From a virus: DNA of 44,226 bases. The notes beneath the pieces were generated by a model, which did no database searches, was not told where the DNA came from, and saw only the letters and a program-made list of their open reading frames with translations. This document shows, piece after piece, positions 8,649 to 17,486 of the stretch. Made by a program: the position numbers and the translations under genes. The DNA lies in UHGV virus genome UHGV-0346409; one strand, 5' to 3'. Position 1 is the first letter of the stretch, and each line of letters begins with the position of its first letter.

Positions 8649-10036
8649 ATCCAGAAGAACTGGAAGCGATCGTTCTCGCTGGTCTGATTAACGGTGGCGC
8701 GACGCCTGACGCGTTTGATGTGATTGCCACTACTCCGGAGGAAGCCTTCAGCATCGTGTTTCACCGTCGCGCTTTCAGCGAAATCAAAAAGCAGGCACTG
8801 GCGAACGGCATGATCGACATGTTGTTTATCAGCGAAGCGCTGGGCGGTTCCAGCCTTGCGGATCTGTCTCAAATATCCCGGATCCCGGCAACGGTACCGA
8901 ATCTGAAAGGCTATGCCGGGAAAATGGTGCGGGCATGGCGGAGCCGCAAAATGGCGGCATTGTTGCAATCTGGCGCGGATGGTATCCGTAACGCTGTAAA
9001 CCAGAGTCAGCGTGATGAGGTTATTGAATCTCATGTTGCTCAGGTGCTGGATATGAGCGCCGCTACCGGCACAGTCCAGCCGGTACACATCAAAGAGCTG
9101 TTACCGCTCTACATTGACACCGTTGATAAACGGATGTCTGGTGACGCGCAGGAAATGATGCTGAAAACCGGAGTCGAGGATCTGGATGTCGCCCTGGGCG
9201 GTATCAACATGACCGATCTTGTTGTGGTTGCCGGTCGTCCAGGCATGGGGAAAACGGAATTTACCCTGAAGATTATCGATGGCGTTACCGCAGATGGCGG
9301 CGGCGCACTGTTTTTCAGCATGGAAATGGGCGCTCAGCAGATTGTTGAACGTACCGTTGCCGGGGCTGGGAATATGTCAACGTCGCGTCTGCGTAATCCA
9401 AAAGAAATGGACGATGAGGATTTGACCAGATTAACCGCCGCGCTTGCAATCATGCAGGATCGCGATATCTGGATTGTTGATGCCACTGATTTGACGATTG
9501 AGCAGATCCGCGCCATTGCAGAGACTCATAAACGCCGTTATCCGCACCTGAAGTTGATTGGTGTTGATTACATGGGCCTGATCAAAAAACCGAAGGCCGA
9601 GCGCCACGATCTCGCTGTCGGGCATATCTCCCGCAACATGAAGACTATGGCCATGCGTCTGCATACCCCTGTTTTTGCTCTTAGCCAGCTTTCCCGCCAG
9701 GTGGATTCTCGACCTGCTGGCCAGCGTCGCCCGGTGATGTCGGACCTGCGCGATTCCGGCAGTGTTGAGCAGGACGCTGACAGCATTTTGTTTTTGTACC
9801 GCGATGAAGTTTACACACCTGATTCACCTGCAAAGGGTATCGCCGAGGTGATTATCGGTAAAAACCGTTCTGGCGGGGCAGGTGAAATTATTTATCAGGA
9901 ATTCCGGAATGGGCATTTCCTGCCAATTGATCAACACGTAGCACGCGAAAAAATACGCATCCAGAAGGAGGCAGAGCAACCGAGAAAACGTGAAAAACGG
10001 TATTCAAACAAAAACTTTAATACGGACCCATTTTAA
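8645..10036 (+). CDS. Replicative DNA helicase, DnaB family
   Basis: 463-aa ORF with Walker A (GRPGMGKT), and DnaB-like motifs (recall); directly downstream of the initiator. Confidence 0.85.
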   Translation: MNPEELEAIVLAGLINGGATPDAFDVIATTPEEAFSIVFHRRAFSEIKKQALANGMIDMLFISEALGGSSLADLSQISRIPATVPNLKGYAGKMVRAWRSRKMAALLQSGADGIRNAVNQSQRDEVIESHVAQVLDMSAATGTVQPVHIKELLPLYIDTVDKRMSGDAQEMMLKTGVEDLDVALGGINMTDLVVVAGRPGMGKTEFTLKIIDGVTADGGGALFFSMEMGAQQIVERTVAGAGNMSTSRLRNPKEMDDEDLTRLTAALAIMQDRDIWIVDATDLTIEQIRAIAETHKRRYPHLKLIGVDYMGLIKKPKAERHDLAVGHISRNMKTMAMRLHTPVFALSQLSRQVDSRPAGQRRPVMSDLRDSGSVEQDADSILFLYRDEVYTPDSPAKGIAEVIIGKNRSGGAGEIIYQEFRNGHFLPIDQHVAREKIRIQKEAEQPRKREKRYSNKNFNTDPF

Positions 10037-10074
10037 CCACGCATGACCAGCGTGAAATAACCGAGGAAAGACCA

Positions 10075-10476
10075 ATGACCCAATTAATTAACCACACGAG
10101 TGCACACTATAGTGACGACGGTAAAAACTACCTGGATTCAATTCTGTGGCACATGAACGCAGCCGCGCGAGCACGTACCCGCTCGACATATTGCCCGCCA
10201 CCTAAAAACACTGACGTTGTGGTAATTGCAAAACCTGAGCACGTAGCAGTTATTCGCCCGGCAGAAATAACCTCAGGGACCGCCAAAACACATACCGGCG
10301 TTGTTATTAAAAATACTGGTGAGCGCACAGTAAAACTCCGCGAAACAGCGACTGCGTGGTCTGCGGGTGTAAGGGAGAACTACGATAAAAAAACAGGTTA
10401 CCGCTTAGGCGCATCAGGCAGCACCCGGTTGTTACTCGACACCGTGAAGCCCATCAGGAAGAAGGGCAAAAAATAA
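10075..10476 (+). CDS. Hypothetical protein (133 aa)
   Basis: ATG preceded by CCGAGGAAAGACCA motif. Confidence 0.5.
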   Translation: MTQLINHTSAHYSDDGKNYLDSILWHMNAAARARTRSTYCPPPKNTDVVVIAKPEHVAVIRPAEITSGTAKTHTGVVIKNTGERTVKLRETATAWSAGVRENYDKKTGYRLGASGSTRLLLDTVKPIRKKGKK

Positions 10477-10709
10477 TGACTGGCGCAGATTATCTCCCGG
10501 CTGGGTTGCCACACAACAGGGCAGCATGGCCGCAGGAGTATCAAATACTGGAACATTACGATTTGCGCGCCGCCGGGCTGATTCGCCAGTTATACGAAAA
10601 ACGAATACCACGCGGCACGGTTACAGAGGCGTTGAAAAATACTCCTGATAATTACCGGGAGTTTTTCAGGGACCGACTGAATTACTGGAGAGGGGAACGA
10701 GAAAAATGA
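10476..10709 (+). CDS. Hypothetical protein (77 aa)
   Basis: ATG overlaps upstream stop (TAATG). Confidence 0.45.
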   Translation: MTGADYLPAGLPHNRAAWPQEYQILEHYDLRAAGLIRQLYEKRIPRGTVTEALKNTPDNYREFFRDRLNYWRGEREK

Positions 10710-10930
10710 ACGAAATTTTACTCGCATTTATTCCACGATTTATTAACGACAAAGTGGCGTTGAGTGCCGTTAATGATCAATACGAAATTGTATGCAGCAT
10801 GATCGACATTATCCCCGGTGAGCAGTATGACGCGATGTGTGACCTGAAAATATTCACGTGGTTGGGGTGGGCCATTCCGTGTGGAGAGCCAACAAATATT
10901 CGCCCGTTTGAGGGCAGGGAGGCTGTATGA
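10706..10930 (+). CDS. Hypothetical protein (74 aa)
   Basis: ORF in operon context. Confidence 0.45.
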   Translation: MNEILLAFIPRFINDKVALSAVNDQYEIVCSMIDIIPGEQYDAMCDLKIFTWLGWAIPCGEPTNIRPFEGREAV

Positions 10931-11043
10931 GTGAGTTGAAAATACGTCGCAAGACAATAGCACGCGTTAAAAATCCATTACCGGCCCCCGCCGAATGCCA
11001 TTTTTGTGGTGGGAATGTACGGATTGGTACGTATGTATGGTGA
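10927..11043 (+). CDS. Small Cys-containing ORF (38 aa), not in the supplied track
   Basis: ATG overlaps upstream stop (ATGA); CxxC near the C-terminus. Confidence 0.3.
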   Translation: MSELKIRRKTIARVKNPLPAPAECHFCGGNVRIGTYVW

Positions 11044-11117
11044 TTGCGAAGTGACGTAAAACAAATCGTTGTGGGTGTAATATCGTCAATATCATTGGTT
11101 TCCTGGAGGGAAAGGAT

Positions 11118-11339
11118 ATGTTTGGCGATAACCTGGAGTTACCACGGAACGGGCGGATAGTGCTCTATATTTCAGATTACAAAGTAACCCGGGCTGAGGT
11201 GTTGGAACCGGAAAAACATTTGGTCACGTTACCGGACATTATTGAGTTGTATAAGCGGGTCGGATATGTGGACTTGCATCGCGATGATGTTCCCGTTGAG
11301 TGTATGGAATGTGAACACCGGAGGTTTGAAGTTGATTGA
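11118..11339 (+). CDS. Hypothetical protein (73 aa)
   Basis: GGAGGG RBS upstream of ATG. Confidence 0.45.
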   Translation: MFGDNLELPRNGRIVLYISDYKVTRAEVLEPEKHLVTLPDIIELYKRVGYVDLHRDDVPVECMECEHRRFEVD

Positions 11340-11431
11340 ATTGACTTAGAAAAAGCCCGGGGCTATAGTTTCCGCGCAGCCGCAAAATCGGTTGCCGGGA
11401 TTTGCACCCCGGATATCTAAAAGGCGACAAC

Positions 11432-11451
11432 GACGCGCCAGCGTCTTTTTT
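11432..11451 (+). terminator. Rho-independent terminator candidate
   Basis: GACGC-GCCA-GCGTC hairpin followed by TTTTTT. Confidence 0.5.
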
Positions 11452-11611
11452 ATTGTCGTGCGCACAGCCACATCCGCGATTTATGGTGGGGCGTGTAGGG
11501 GAGTCGAAAGGCTCGCCGGGTCCTTTTAGCCGGTAGTGCAAACCCTGCATGTCTCACCACCCAAAGATTTGCACCTGAGGGGGGTGATTATCCGACTAAA
11601 AGGAAATCGCT

Positions 11612-12406
11612 ATGACAACTCAAGTATCCGCAGCAGCCATCTCCCCGATTATCCACAACCAACTTCCCGTCCTCACCACCGAATTACTCGCGAATCTCTA
11701 TGGCACAGAGCCGGATTACATTCGTAAAAACCATAACCGGAACTCAGAGCGATTCGTGGTCGGGAAGCATTACTTTTTGCTCGAAGGTGAGGAGTTGCGC
11801 GAATTTAAGCACAGCATGTCTTTAAGACCTCCTGTGAAAATCGCCAGAAATGTCCGCTCTCTCATCCTCTGGACAGAACGCGGCGCAGCTCGCCATGCCA
11901 AAATGCTGGAAACAGAACAGGCCTGGGAAGTTTTCGAAAAGCTGGAAGATTGTTATTTTAGCCAGCGTCCAGAGAGGCGGAGTACAACCACCGATGACCG
12001 CACTCCCTTACGTGATGCCGTTAATATGCTGGTCGGTAAGAAAGGCATGATGTATCCCGATGCCTACACCATGATTCACCAACGTTTCGCCGTCTCTCAC
12101 ATAGAACAACTGTCACAGACGCAAATGTTAGAGGCGATTGAATACATCCACTGCCTGCTACTCGATGAAAATCAGCCAACCATTCCAGATTTTTCTTTTA
12201 TCACCACTATCAAAAATGGAAAAGTGACCAGGATGCGCCATGTTGCCAAAGGCGAACATCTGATGACGTTTGACGCTTTCAAAGAGATCGCTGAGCGGGC
12301 AGGGTATCTGGTGATCCACAGCGACAACCTGCGAAGTATGACGCTGGATAAATTGATGGTAATGGGGAAAAAGTCGGTTGTATCCGTTGCTGATTCAGCA
12401 TTTTGA
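11612..12406 (+). CDS. Antirepressor-like protein with ORF6N/Bro-N-type N-terminal domain
   Basis: N-terminal segment (LPVLTTELLANLYGTEPDYIRKNHNRNSERFVVGKHYFLLEGEELREFK) matches the ORF6N-type antirepressor N-domain by recall; own transcription unit after a terminator. Confidence 0.5.
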   Translation: MTTQVSAAAISPIIHNQLPVLTTELLANLYGTEPDYIRKNHNRNSERFVVGKHYFLLEGEELREFKHSMSLRPPVKIARNVRSLILWTERGAARHAKMLETEQAWEVFEKLEDCYFSQRPERRSTTTDDRTPLRDAVNMLVGKKGMMYPDAYTMIHQRFAVSHIEQLSQTQMLEAIEYIHCLLLDENQPTIPDFSFITTIKNGKVTRMRHVAKGEHLMTFDAFKEIAERAGYLVIHSDNLRSMTLDKLMVMGKKSVVSVADSAF

Positions 12407-12440
12407 CAGGTTGAATGTTTGGCGCGGTTATACTCTATTT

Positions 12441-12515
12441 GCGCTTAAAAAGGTATTTAGTCACAACCAGCACGAGGCCGAATACTCTGTCAAAGTACCG
12501 CCCATGTAAAACTGT
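12441..12515. repeat. Left copy of ~75-bp imperfect direct repeat; decayed remnant of the 3' end of a membrane-protein gene
   Basis: Aligns with 16042-16117 with 4 substitutions and 1 single-base indel; would encode ..FGLVLVVTKYLFKRK-stop on the minus strand but the frame is broken upstream. Confidence 0.7.
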
Positions 12516-12583
12516 TACGTATGTACTTGATGACTAAGCTGGCACCAGGTTAACACCAGGCGCCAGCTTGAAGGAAACTTCAG

Positions 12584-13507
12584 TTATTGGTTTCTGAGGA
12601 AAGCGATTCTTGAAAGGGTCATTTGCGTCTGGCAGTCGACCATTTTCTTGACTTCAGCATCTGTTCCCTGCATTGAAACTTTACCGCACATAGCATCCTT
12701 AGTTTTGATCCACTGACGCTGAGAAGGCAGCAACTCTTTTTTCTTCGCCGGCGTTAACCTGCCCCAGACTGTATTCAAATCAGAGTCAGCATTCGCAAAT
12801 GCCATTCGGGACTGATCAAGGCTTTCAGCTTTTTGCGGCTGAAGTTGTGCCTGCCTCTCTATTTGCTTCTCCGCCTCATACCTGGCCTGTTCCTGTGCCC
12901 TGAGTTGCACCTGTTGTTCCGCTTCAATTTGACTCTGTTGGGCATCCTTAGCCTGCTGGATTTTCTGCTGCTCAACGATCGGGTTGATAATGGAAAGCGA
13001 TGTCAGTAAAGCGGCGCCCACTGATATCGGATTATCAGAAGAGGTTTTTACAAAAACGTTTTTCTGATCGTCGGTCGCCTGCACGGTGTAGGTGATACGT
13101 TTTGAAAAGGCGTTTGCGTTGTTCTCCAAAAACAGATTTTCCATTTGCTTATCGAGATTACGATTAAAATTCTTTCGGTAAGCATCAGAAAGCTGGATGT
13201 ACTCGTTCGCAGGTAGAGTCATCGTCACGGTCCCTTCACAAGTTTTCATTGTGCTGCCCGTGTCACTTGATGTTGTGGAGATTTCAGAGACGGCTAGTTT
13301 GATCTTGTCCAGTGTGCTTCGTTTGGTCTGATTAGTGACATCAGGGTATTTATCGACCTGTTCAGAGAGTCCTTCATAAGCAGATTTTTTTAATAAATCC
13401 ATGAGAGCTGATTGGGTCATTTCCGAAGAACAACCGATCTCATCTTTTTTGTTATCACAGCCTGTAAGGGCAATGGCGAGTAAGAGTACTGAGTATTTTA
13501 ATCTCAT
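12584..13507 (-). CDS. Lipoprotein with coiled-coil Q/E-rich middle region and DUF1311 (LprI-like) C-terminal domain
   Basis: Signal peptide with lipobox LTGC; C-terminus LNTVWGRL..QRQWIKTKDAMC..DCQTQMTLSRIAFL fits the DUF1311 pattern (recall). Confidence 0.6.
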   Translation of the reverse strand: MRLKYSVLLLAIALTGCDNKKDEIGCSSEMTQSALMDLLKKSAYEGLSEQVDKYPDVTNQTKRSTLDKIKLAVSEISTTSSDTGSTMKTCEGTVTMTLPANEYIQLSDAYRKNFNRNLDKQMENLFLENNANAFSKRITYTVQATDDQKNVFVKTSSDNPISVGAALLTSLSIINPIVEQQKIQQAKDAQQSQIEAEQQVQLRAQEQARYEAEKQIERQAQLQPQKAESLDQSRMAFANADSDLNTVWGRLTPAKKKELLPSQRQWIKTKDAMCGKVSMQGTDAEVKKMVDCQTQMTLSRIAFLRNQ

Positions 13508-14133
13508 GAATTCCCTTTAGAGTAAGGATTGGTTTTTAAGACGCGGTCTGTAATCAGTTCCGAGAGCTACAGTAAACAACGCTGAGCACTGAACGCATCA
13601 CAGGCAAGGTAAAAGGTGATATCGGCAAAGGCTGTGAAACCTTTAATTCAACAGATGGGAACGGTATGCACAGGATCCTGTAACGACGCTCCCAAAACCG
13701 GAAACCTGTAAGGCATGTTTTCGCTGCTGAACTTAATATACGAACCTGCACTATCATGAACATATTTTATATCGTTATACCCCGAGTGATTGTGCCCGGC
13801 AATGGATAGTGTCCTGGAGGAACTATTTCTACTGTAAAAGGTAGACATTTAATTTCAGTGTGGAATTATTCCCTGCTGTTAATAACCATGGCTCTATATG
13901 GCACCGAGCGGACTAGTTAACTTGCCTGAAAGCCGCTATGAGTGAGGAGCGAATATTGGCACGATAGGATACCTGAACCATTTTTTGGACATGCGCTAAA
14001 AGCGAATGATTAGTTTTATCGGAATATTTACAGTATACTTACAAGGCAAGCTTGGCGTACCGTCTTGGGCGAGATTGCTTAAATTATTTTGTGGATATAT
14101 CATTCAAACAAAAGATAATAAAATGAGGTTGTT

Positions 14134-14331
14134 ATGTCATATATTCGCGTAGAGAAAGATGGCCTTCAGTATGAAGCAGAATACTTCCGTGAAGAGGATA
14201 TGGTCACAGTCTTTGGGGTTAGAGGAGGGCATTCCAGCGTGGTTCTAAATGGAATGACAGAAGTCGCGGCTGCTCGTACTGCGTTACGAAATCTTATTAG
14301 AGAAAATCAGGTTGATCCTCTAACTGATTAA
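14134..14331 (+). CDS. Hypothetical protein (65 aa), AT-rich cargo gene
   Basis: GAGG RBS; possible promoter-like elements upstream. Confidence 0.45.
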   Translation: MSYIRVEKDGLQYEAEYFREEDMVTVFGVRGGHSSVVLNGMTEVAAARTALRNLIRENQVDPLTD

Positions 14332-14535
14332 AAATAAGCCATCTTAACTGAGAGCATATTTTGATATAATTTAGATTAAATCTATTTTGAAGGTTAGTTT
14401 GGGATGAGAAGATTACATCAAAACCGTTATTACTAGCAATAAGTTGTGTAAATCAAATAATACATAATCAGGTGGTAATATATACTAAGCGTAGTAAAGT
14501 TTTTATATATTCCTGTAACTTTGTGAGAAACTTCC

Positions 14536-15201
14536 ATGAAAGCCGACAACTTAAGAATTATAGAGAATGGCAAATATGTTTTCGATATGTTCTTGGATAC
14601 TGGTGAATTTTACTATACAAGTCATGCCTTTGACACGAGAGAAGATGCAAAAAGCTGGATGGAAGAATGGCAGATTTGGGCAAATAATGTATCGAGTGGG
14701 AAAGTAAGTAGTATTTATTATATTTTACAAGTGCCTGATACTTGGGCCGGTTCTTCAGATAAAAATAACCCTTACTCGGGACTTTATGTGAAAATAGGGC
14801 GTTCCAATAATGTGCTAAAAAGGTTGTCTAACCTGCAGACAGGTGCATTTGGTCAATTAATATTACACGCTTTGGAACCAGGTGGTTCAGAAAAAGAAAA
14901 CTATCTTCATGAAAAATTTAGCAACGAAAGACGTCAAGGTGAATGGTTTGTTTGTACTAAGGAACTTACCAAGCATATATTTACAACATGGTTTAAAAAC
15001 AAAATGCTCCCACCAGAACATCAAATAAAAATAATGCAGCTCGCAGAAAGAATAGGTATTTATTCGCATGTTCATACACTAATGGGGGGGAAGCCAGACT
15101 TAGTAAACCCATCTATTAGTGAACCTTGGGAATGCGAAAAATATGTTTTGGTTGATATGATTTATAGCTCTTTAGCAAAGCAAGTTAATCATAAAAAATA
15201 A
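14536..15201 (+). CDS. T5orf172-domain (GIY-YIG-like) protein with unknown N- and C-terminal extensions
   Basis: Central region IYYILQ..GLYVKIGRSNNVLKRLSNLQTG..LHEKFSNERRQGEWF matches the T5orf172/MUG113 signature (recall); AT-rich coding sequence. Confidence 0.6.
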   Translation: MKADNLRIIENGKYVFDMFLDTGEFYYTSHAFDTREDAKSWMEEWQIWANNVSSGKVSSIYYILQVPDTWAGSSDKNNPYSGLYVKIGRSNNVLKRLSNLQTGAFGQLILHALEPGGSEKENYLHEKFSNERRQGEWFVCTKELTKHIFTTWFKNKMLPPEHQIKIMQLAERIGIYSHVHTLMGGKPDLVNPSISEPWECEKYVLVDMIYSSLAKQVNHKK

Positions 15202-15521
15202 AGTGTTACATTTTAACTATACAATTATTGATTCACTAATGAAGAGGTGATTTAGACGTATGAAGTTTTAATAAGCTCCAAGAATATTTTGTCATACATG
15301 GGTTAAAGAGTTATATAATAATATCTGCTTCTGGAACACAGCAGACAAGCACCTGCAGATAAAGGTCTGCTGAGAGCGAGAAGCGGATCATACGTTGGAA
15401 GTTGTTTAGGCAAATACGTTATAAACGTATTTGATTAAATTTACTTGGATCATAGTCTTCAATAACGCTTTATTATATTGTTTTTCATGCAGCAAACAGG
15501 TTCACAGGTAGGTAATAAGCT

Positions 15522-15926
15522 ATGAGTGGATGGAAAGAGCCTTTTACATTAGCAGAACAGATACAATTAGCATTAAATTTAGGTTATGAGGCTGTACCAG
15601 ATGAAGAGGCATATACTGGGGCATACTTCATTAAAGGTGGTAAGAAGTGGATCTTTAACATCATCGGTCTCAAAAAGACATTGAATATATCTTCAGATGA
15701 TGAACTAAGAGGGCAGGATTATGATGTTGATATGTATTTCGAAATTCGCCAAAATTGGGCACAATACCAAGATATGATCTTTGGAAGCGAAGATATCACT
15801 CCTTCACCTAAAAATGAACTTACTTCAATTTACCATGACCTGCAGGTAACGGATGAACCCAGGGAAATGGTGTATCTTTCTGATGGGATGTGGCTGGATC
15901 CCAACGGACGAATTGTACAACGATAG
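15522..15926 (+). CDS. Hypothetical protein (134 aa), acidic, AT-rich cargo gene
   Basis: ORF with AGGTAGG upstream; no recognisable motif. Confidence 0.45.
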   Translation: MSGWKEPFTLAEQIQLALNLGYEAVPDEEAYTGAYFIKGGKKWIFNIIGLKKTLNISSDDELRGQDYDVDMYFEIRQNWAQYQDMIFGSEDITPSPKNELTSIYHDLQVTDEPREMVYLSDGMWLDPNGRIVQR

Positions 15927-16035
15927 CACTCGAACACACTCAGTAATCGTCTATAAGGCCAGCACTTGTTACTTGGTCATTTGGGGTTGCTGGTCTTCTC
16001 CATTAAATCGACTAAAGTCTGTTCCATAGAGAGAG

Positions 16036-16641
16036 TTACTTGCGTTTAAAAAGGTATTTTGTCACGACCAGCACGAGGCCGAATACCTCTGTCAAAGTAC
16101 CGCCCATGTACAACTGTAGTGTTAAATCCTCAAATTCCAGCTTACCTGCGCCGTCGGCAATAAATACACCATTCATTATCAGAAGTTGGCAAGCAAGGAT
16201 AATCAGGAACCATTTCCCGTATCGTTTTTTTAGAGCGATTTCTGCTTCAAAATCTTTGTTGTTGAGTTGTTTGCGCTCATGCTCGGTATCAAGTGAATTC
16301 ACCTGTTTCACAGATGTGAACTCGGTCAAGATTTTACTCTCAGTACGGGTGACTTGTTGAGAGGGTGTAACAGTTGGAATTCTTTTGCTAGACGCAGCTA
16401 CAGCCATTTTGCGAGCTTCGGCAGCTCTTTTTCTGGCTATTCCGCGAATACGGACAGCCGTTTTTTTGGGGGCGTGCGAAACCTTTGGCTGAGGTGAAGT
16501 TTCGTCAGGAGACTGAACCGGGGTTTCATCGTCCCCCGGCTCAACCTCTTCTGCTAACTGACGGTGTAGGTTGAGGGAATCCTTCAGTCGGCGTGCAACT
16601 TCCTGTTTGAAACGGCTGTTAAAATCGTCATCCGATGGCAT
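16036..16641 (-). CDS. Membrane protein: charged, low-complexity N-terminal region and two C-terminal transmembrane helices
   Basis: Hydrophobic segments WFLIILACQLLIMNGVFI and LTEVFGLVLVV near the C-terminus; start 9 nt after the ImmA-like stop (operon). Confidence 0.6.
   Translation of the reverse strand: MPSDDDFNSRFKQEVARRLKDSLNLHRQLAEEVEPGDDETPVQSPDETSPQPKVSHAPKKTAVRIRGIARKRAAEARKMAVAASSKRIPTVTPSQQVTRTESKILTEFTSVKQVNSLDTEHERKQLNNKDFEAEIALKKRYGKWFLIILACQLLIMNGVFIADGAGKLEFEDLTLQLYMGGTLTEVFGLVLVVTKYLFKRK
16042..16117. repeat. Right copy of ~75-bp imperfect direct repeat, lying within the 3' end of the membrane-protein gene
   Basis: Aligns with 12441-12515 (about 93% identity). Confidence 0.7.
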
Positions 16642-16650
16642 TCTAAAGCG

Positions 16651-17139
16651 TTACCCCAACCTCAAGTTCTTTAAACGATAAGTCATCGCATCGTCAGATA
16701 CGCCAAAATAATGCGCCATTATATAACTTGGTTGGCCGTCAGCGTGCAGTTTTCTGACCTCATCAACCGGCATCAGAAGTTCTGCTGCGAACTTGTTCGC
16801 AAAAATTTCATCAGGATGCGTTCCGGCGCTTGCGGTTTCGCCACGTAAATCAACGTACTCATATTCATCACTATGCGATGCTTGCCGGGCGATGTAATGC
16901 CCCAACTCATGCCCACATGAAAAACGTTGACGAACTTTGTTGTCATCACTGTTTAGAAAGATCGCTGGATCTTGATCTTTTTGTTTAATCAGTGCGCCAG
17001 AAACTTTCCCAGGAAGATCGGTAATAAAAACATCTAATCCCATGTCGTGAGCAATTTTCGCTGGATCAACAGGGAAACCACGCCCGCACCAGAACGTGTC
17101 CAGCACTCGCCGGGCGTGCTCTCTTGGGTTGGTAGCCAT
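16651..17139 (-). CDS. ImmA/IrrE-family zinc metallopeptidase (COG2856/DUF955-like)
   Basis: HExxH motif (CGHELGHY) and downstream E..ANKFAAELLMP segment typical of ImmA/IrrE peptidases (recall); GGAGG RBS. Confidence 0.75.
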   Translation of the reverse strand: MATNPREHARRVLDTFWCGRGFPVDPAKIAHDMGLDVFITDLPGKVSGALIKQKDQDPAIFLNSDDNKVRQRFSCGHELGHYIARQASHSDEYEYVDLRGETASAGTHPDEIFANKFAAELLMPVDEVRKLHADGQPSYIMAHYFGVSDDAMTYRLKNLRLG

Positions 17140-17466
17140 AGCTCCTCCAGTTACTGCATTACGATTGTTGGTCGAAATATAGACAACATGTTCCGTACCA
17201 CTTTCCTGTGAAAGTGCAAATTCTGCACTTCTGGTACGATATTAACTGTTAGTAGTAAAGTCTTCCAGATAAATCACTTTAAAATCTTGTGAATTGCTTG
17301 CTTTTTACGCTGCATTGTGGATGGCTCAATGTTTCCAGTAAAAACATACATGATAATCATGACATTAGTGGTTTTTTAAGCGTCCATATGTTTCTTAAAA
17401 AAATGGATGCCACAAGAGGCCAGATGAGAACGGAAAGGGAAGGCTATTACATGTGTGATTTATTAC

Positions 17467-17486
17467 ATCTGTAAAAAAATACAGAT
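17467..17486. promoter_or_regulatory. LexA (SOS) box candidate: ATCTGT-AAAAAAAT-ACAGAT
   Basis: Exact CTGT-N8-ACAG with AT-rich spacer, in the intergenic region between the ImmA-like gene and a plus-strand small ORF. Confidence 0.5.

Noticed and set aside
11536-11727. 63-aa plus-strand ORF overlapping the antirepressor-like gene start
   Set aside because: Out-of-frame overlap with a better-supported gene; Pro/His/Arg-rich.
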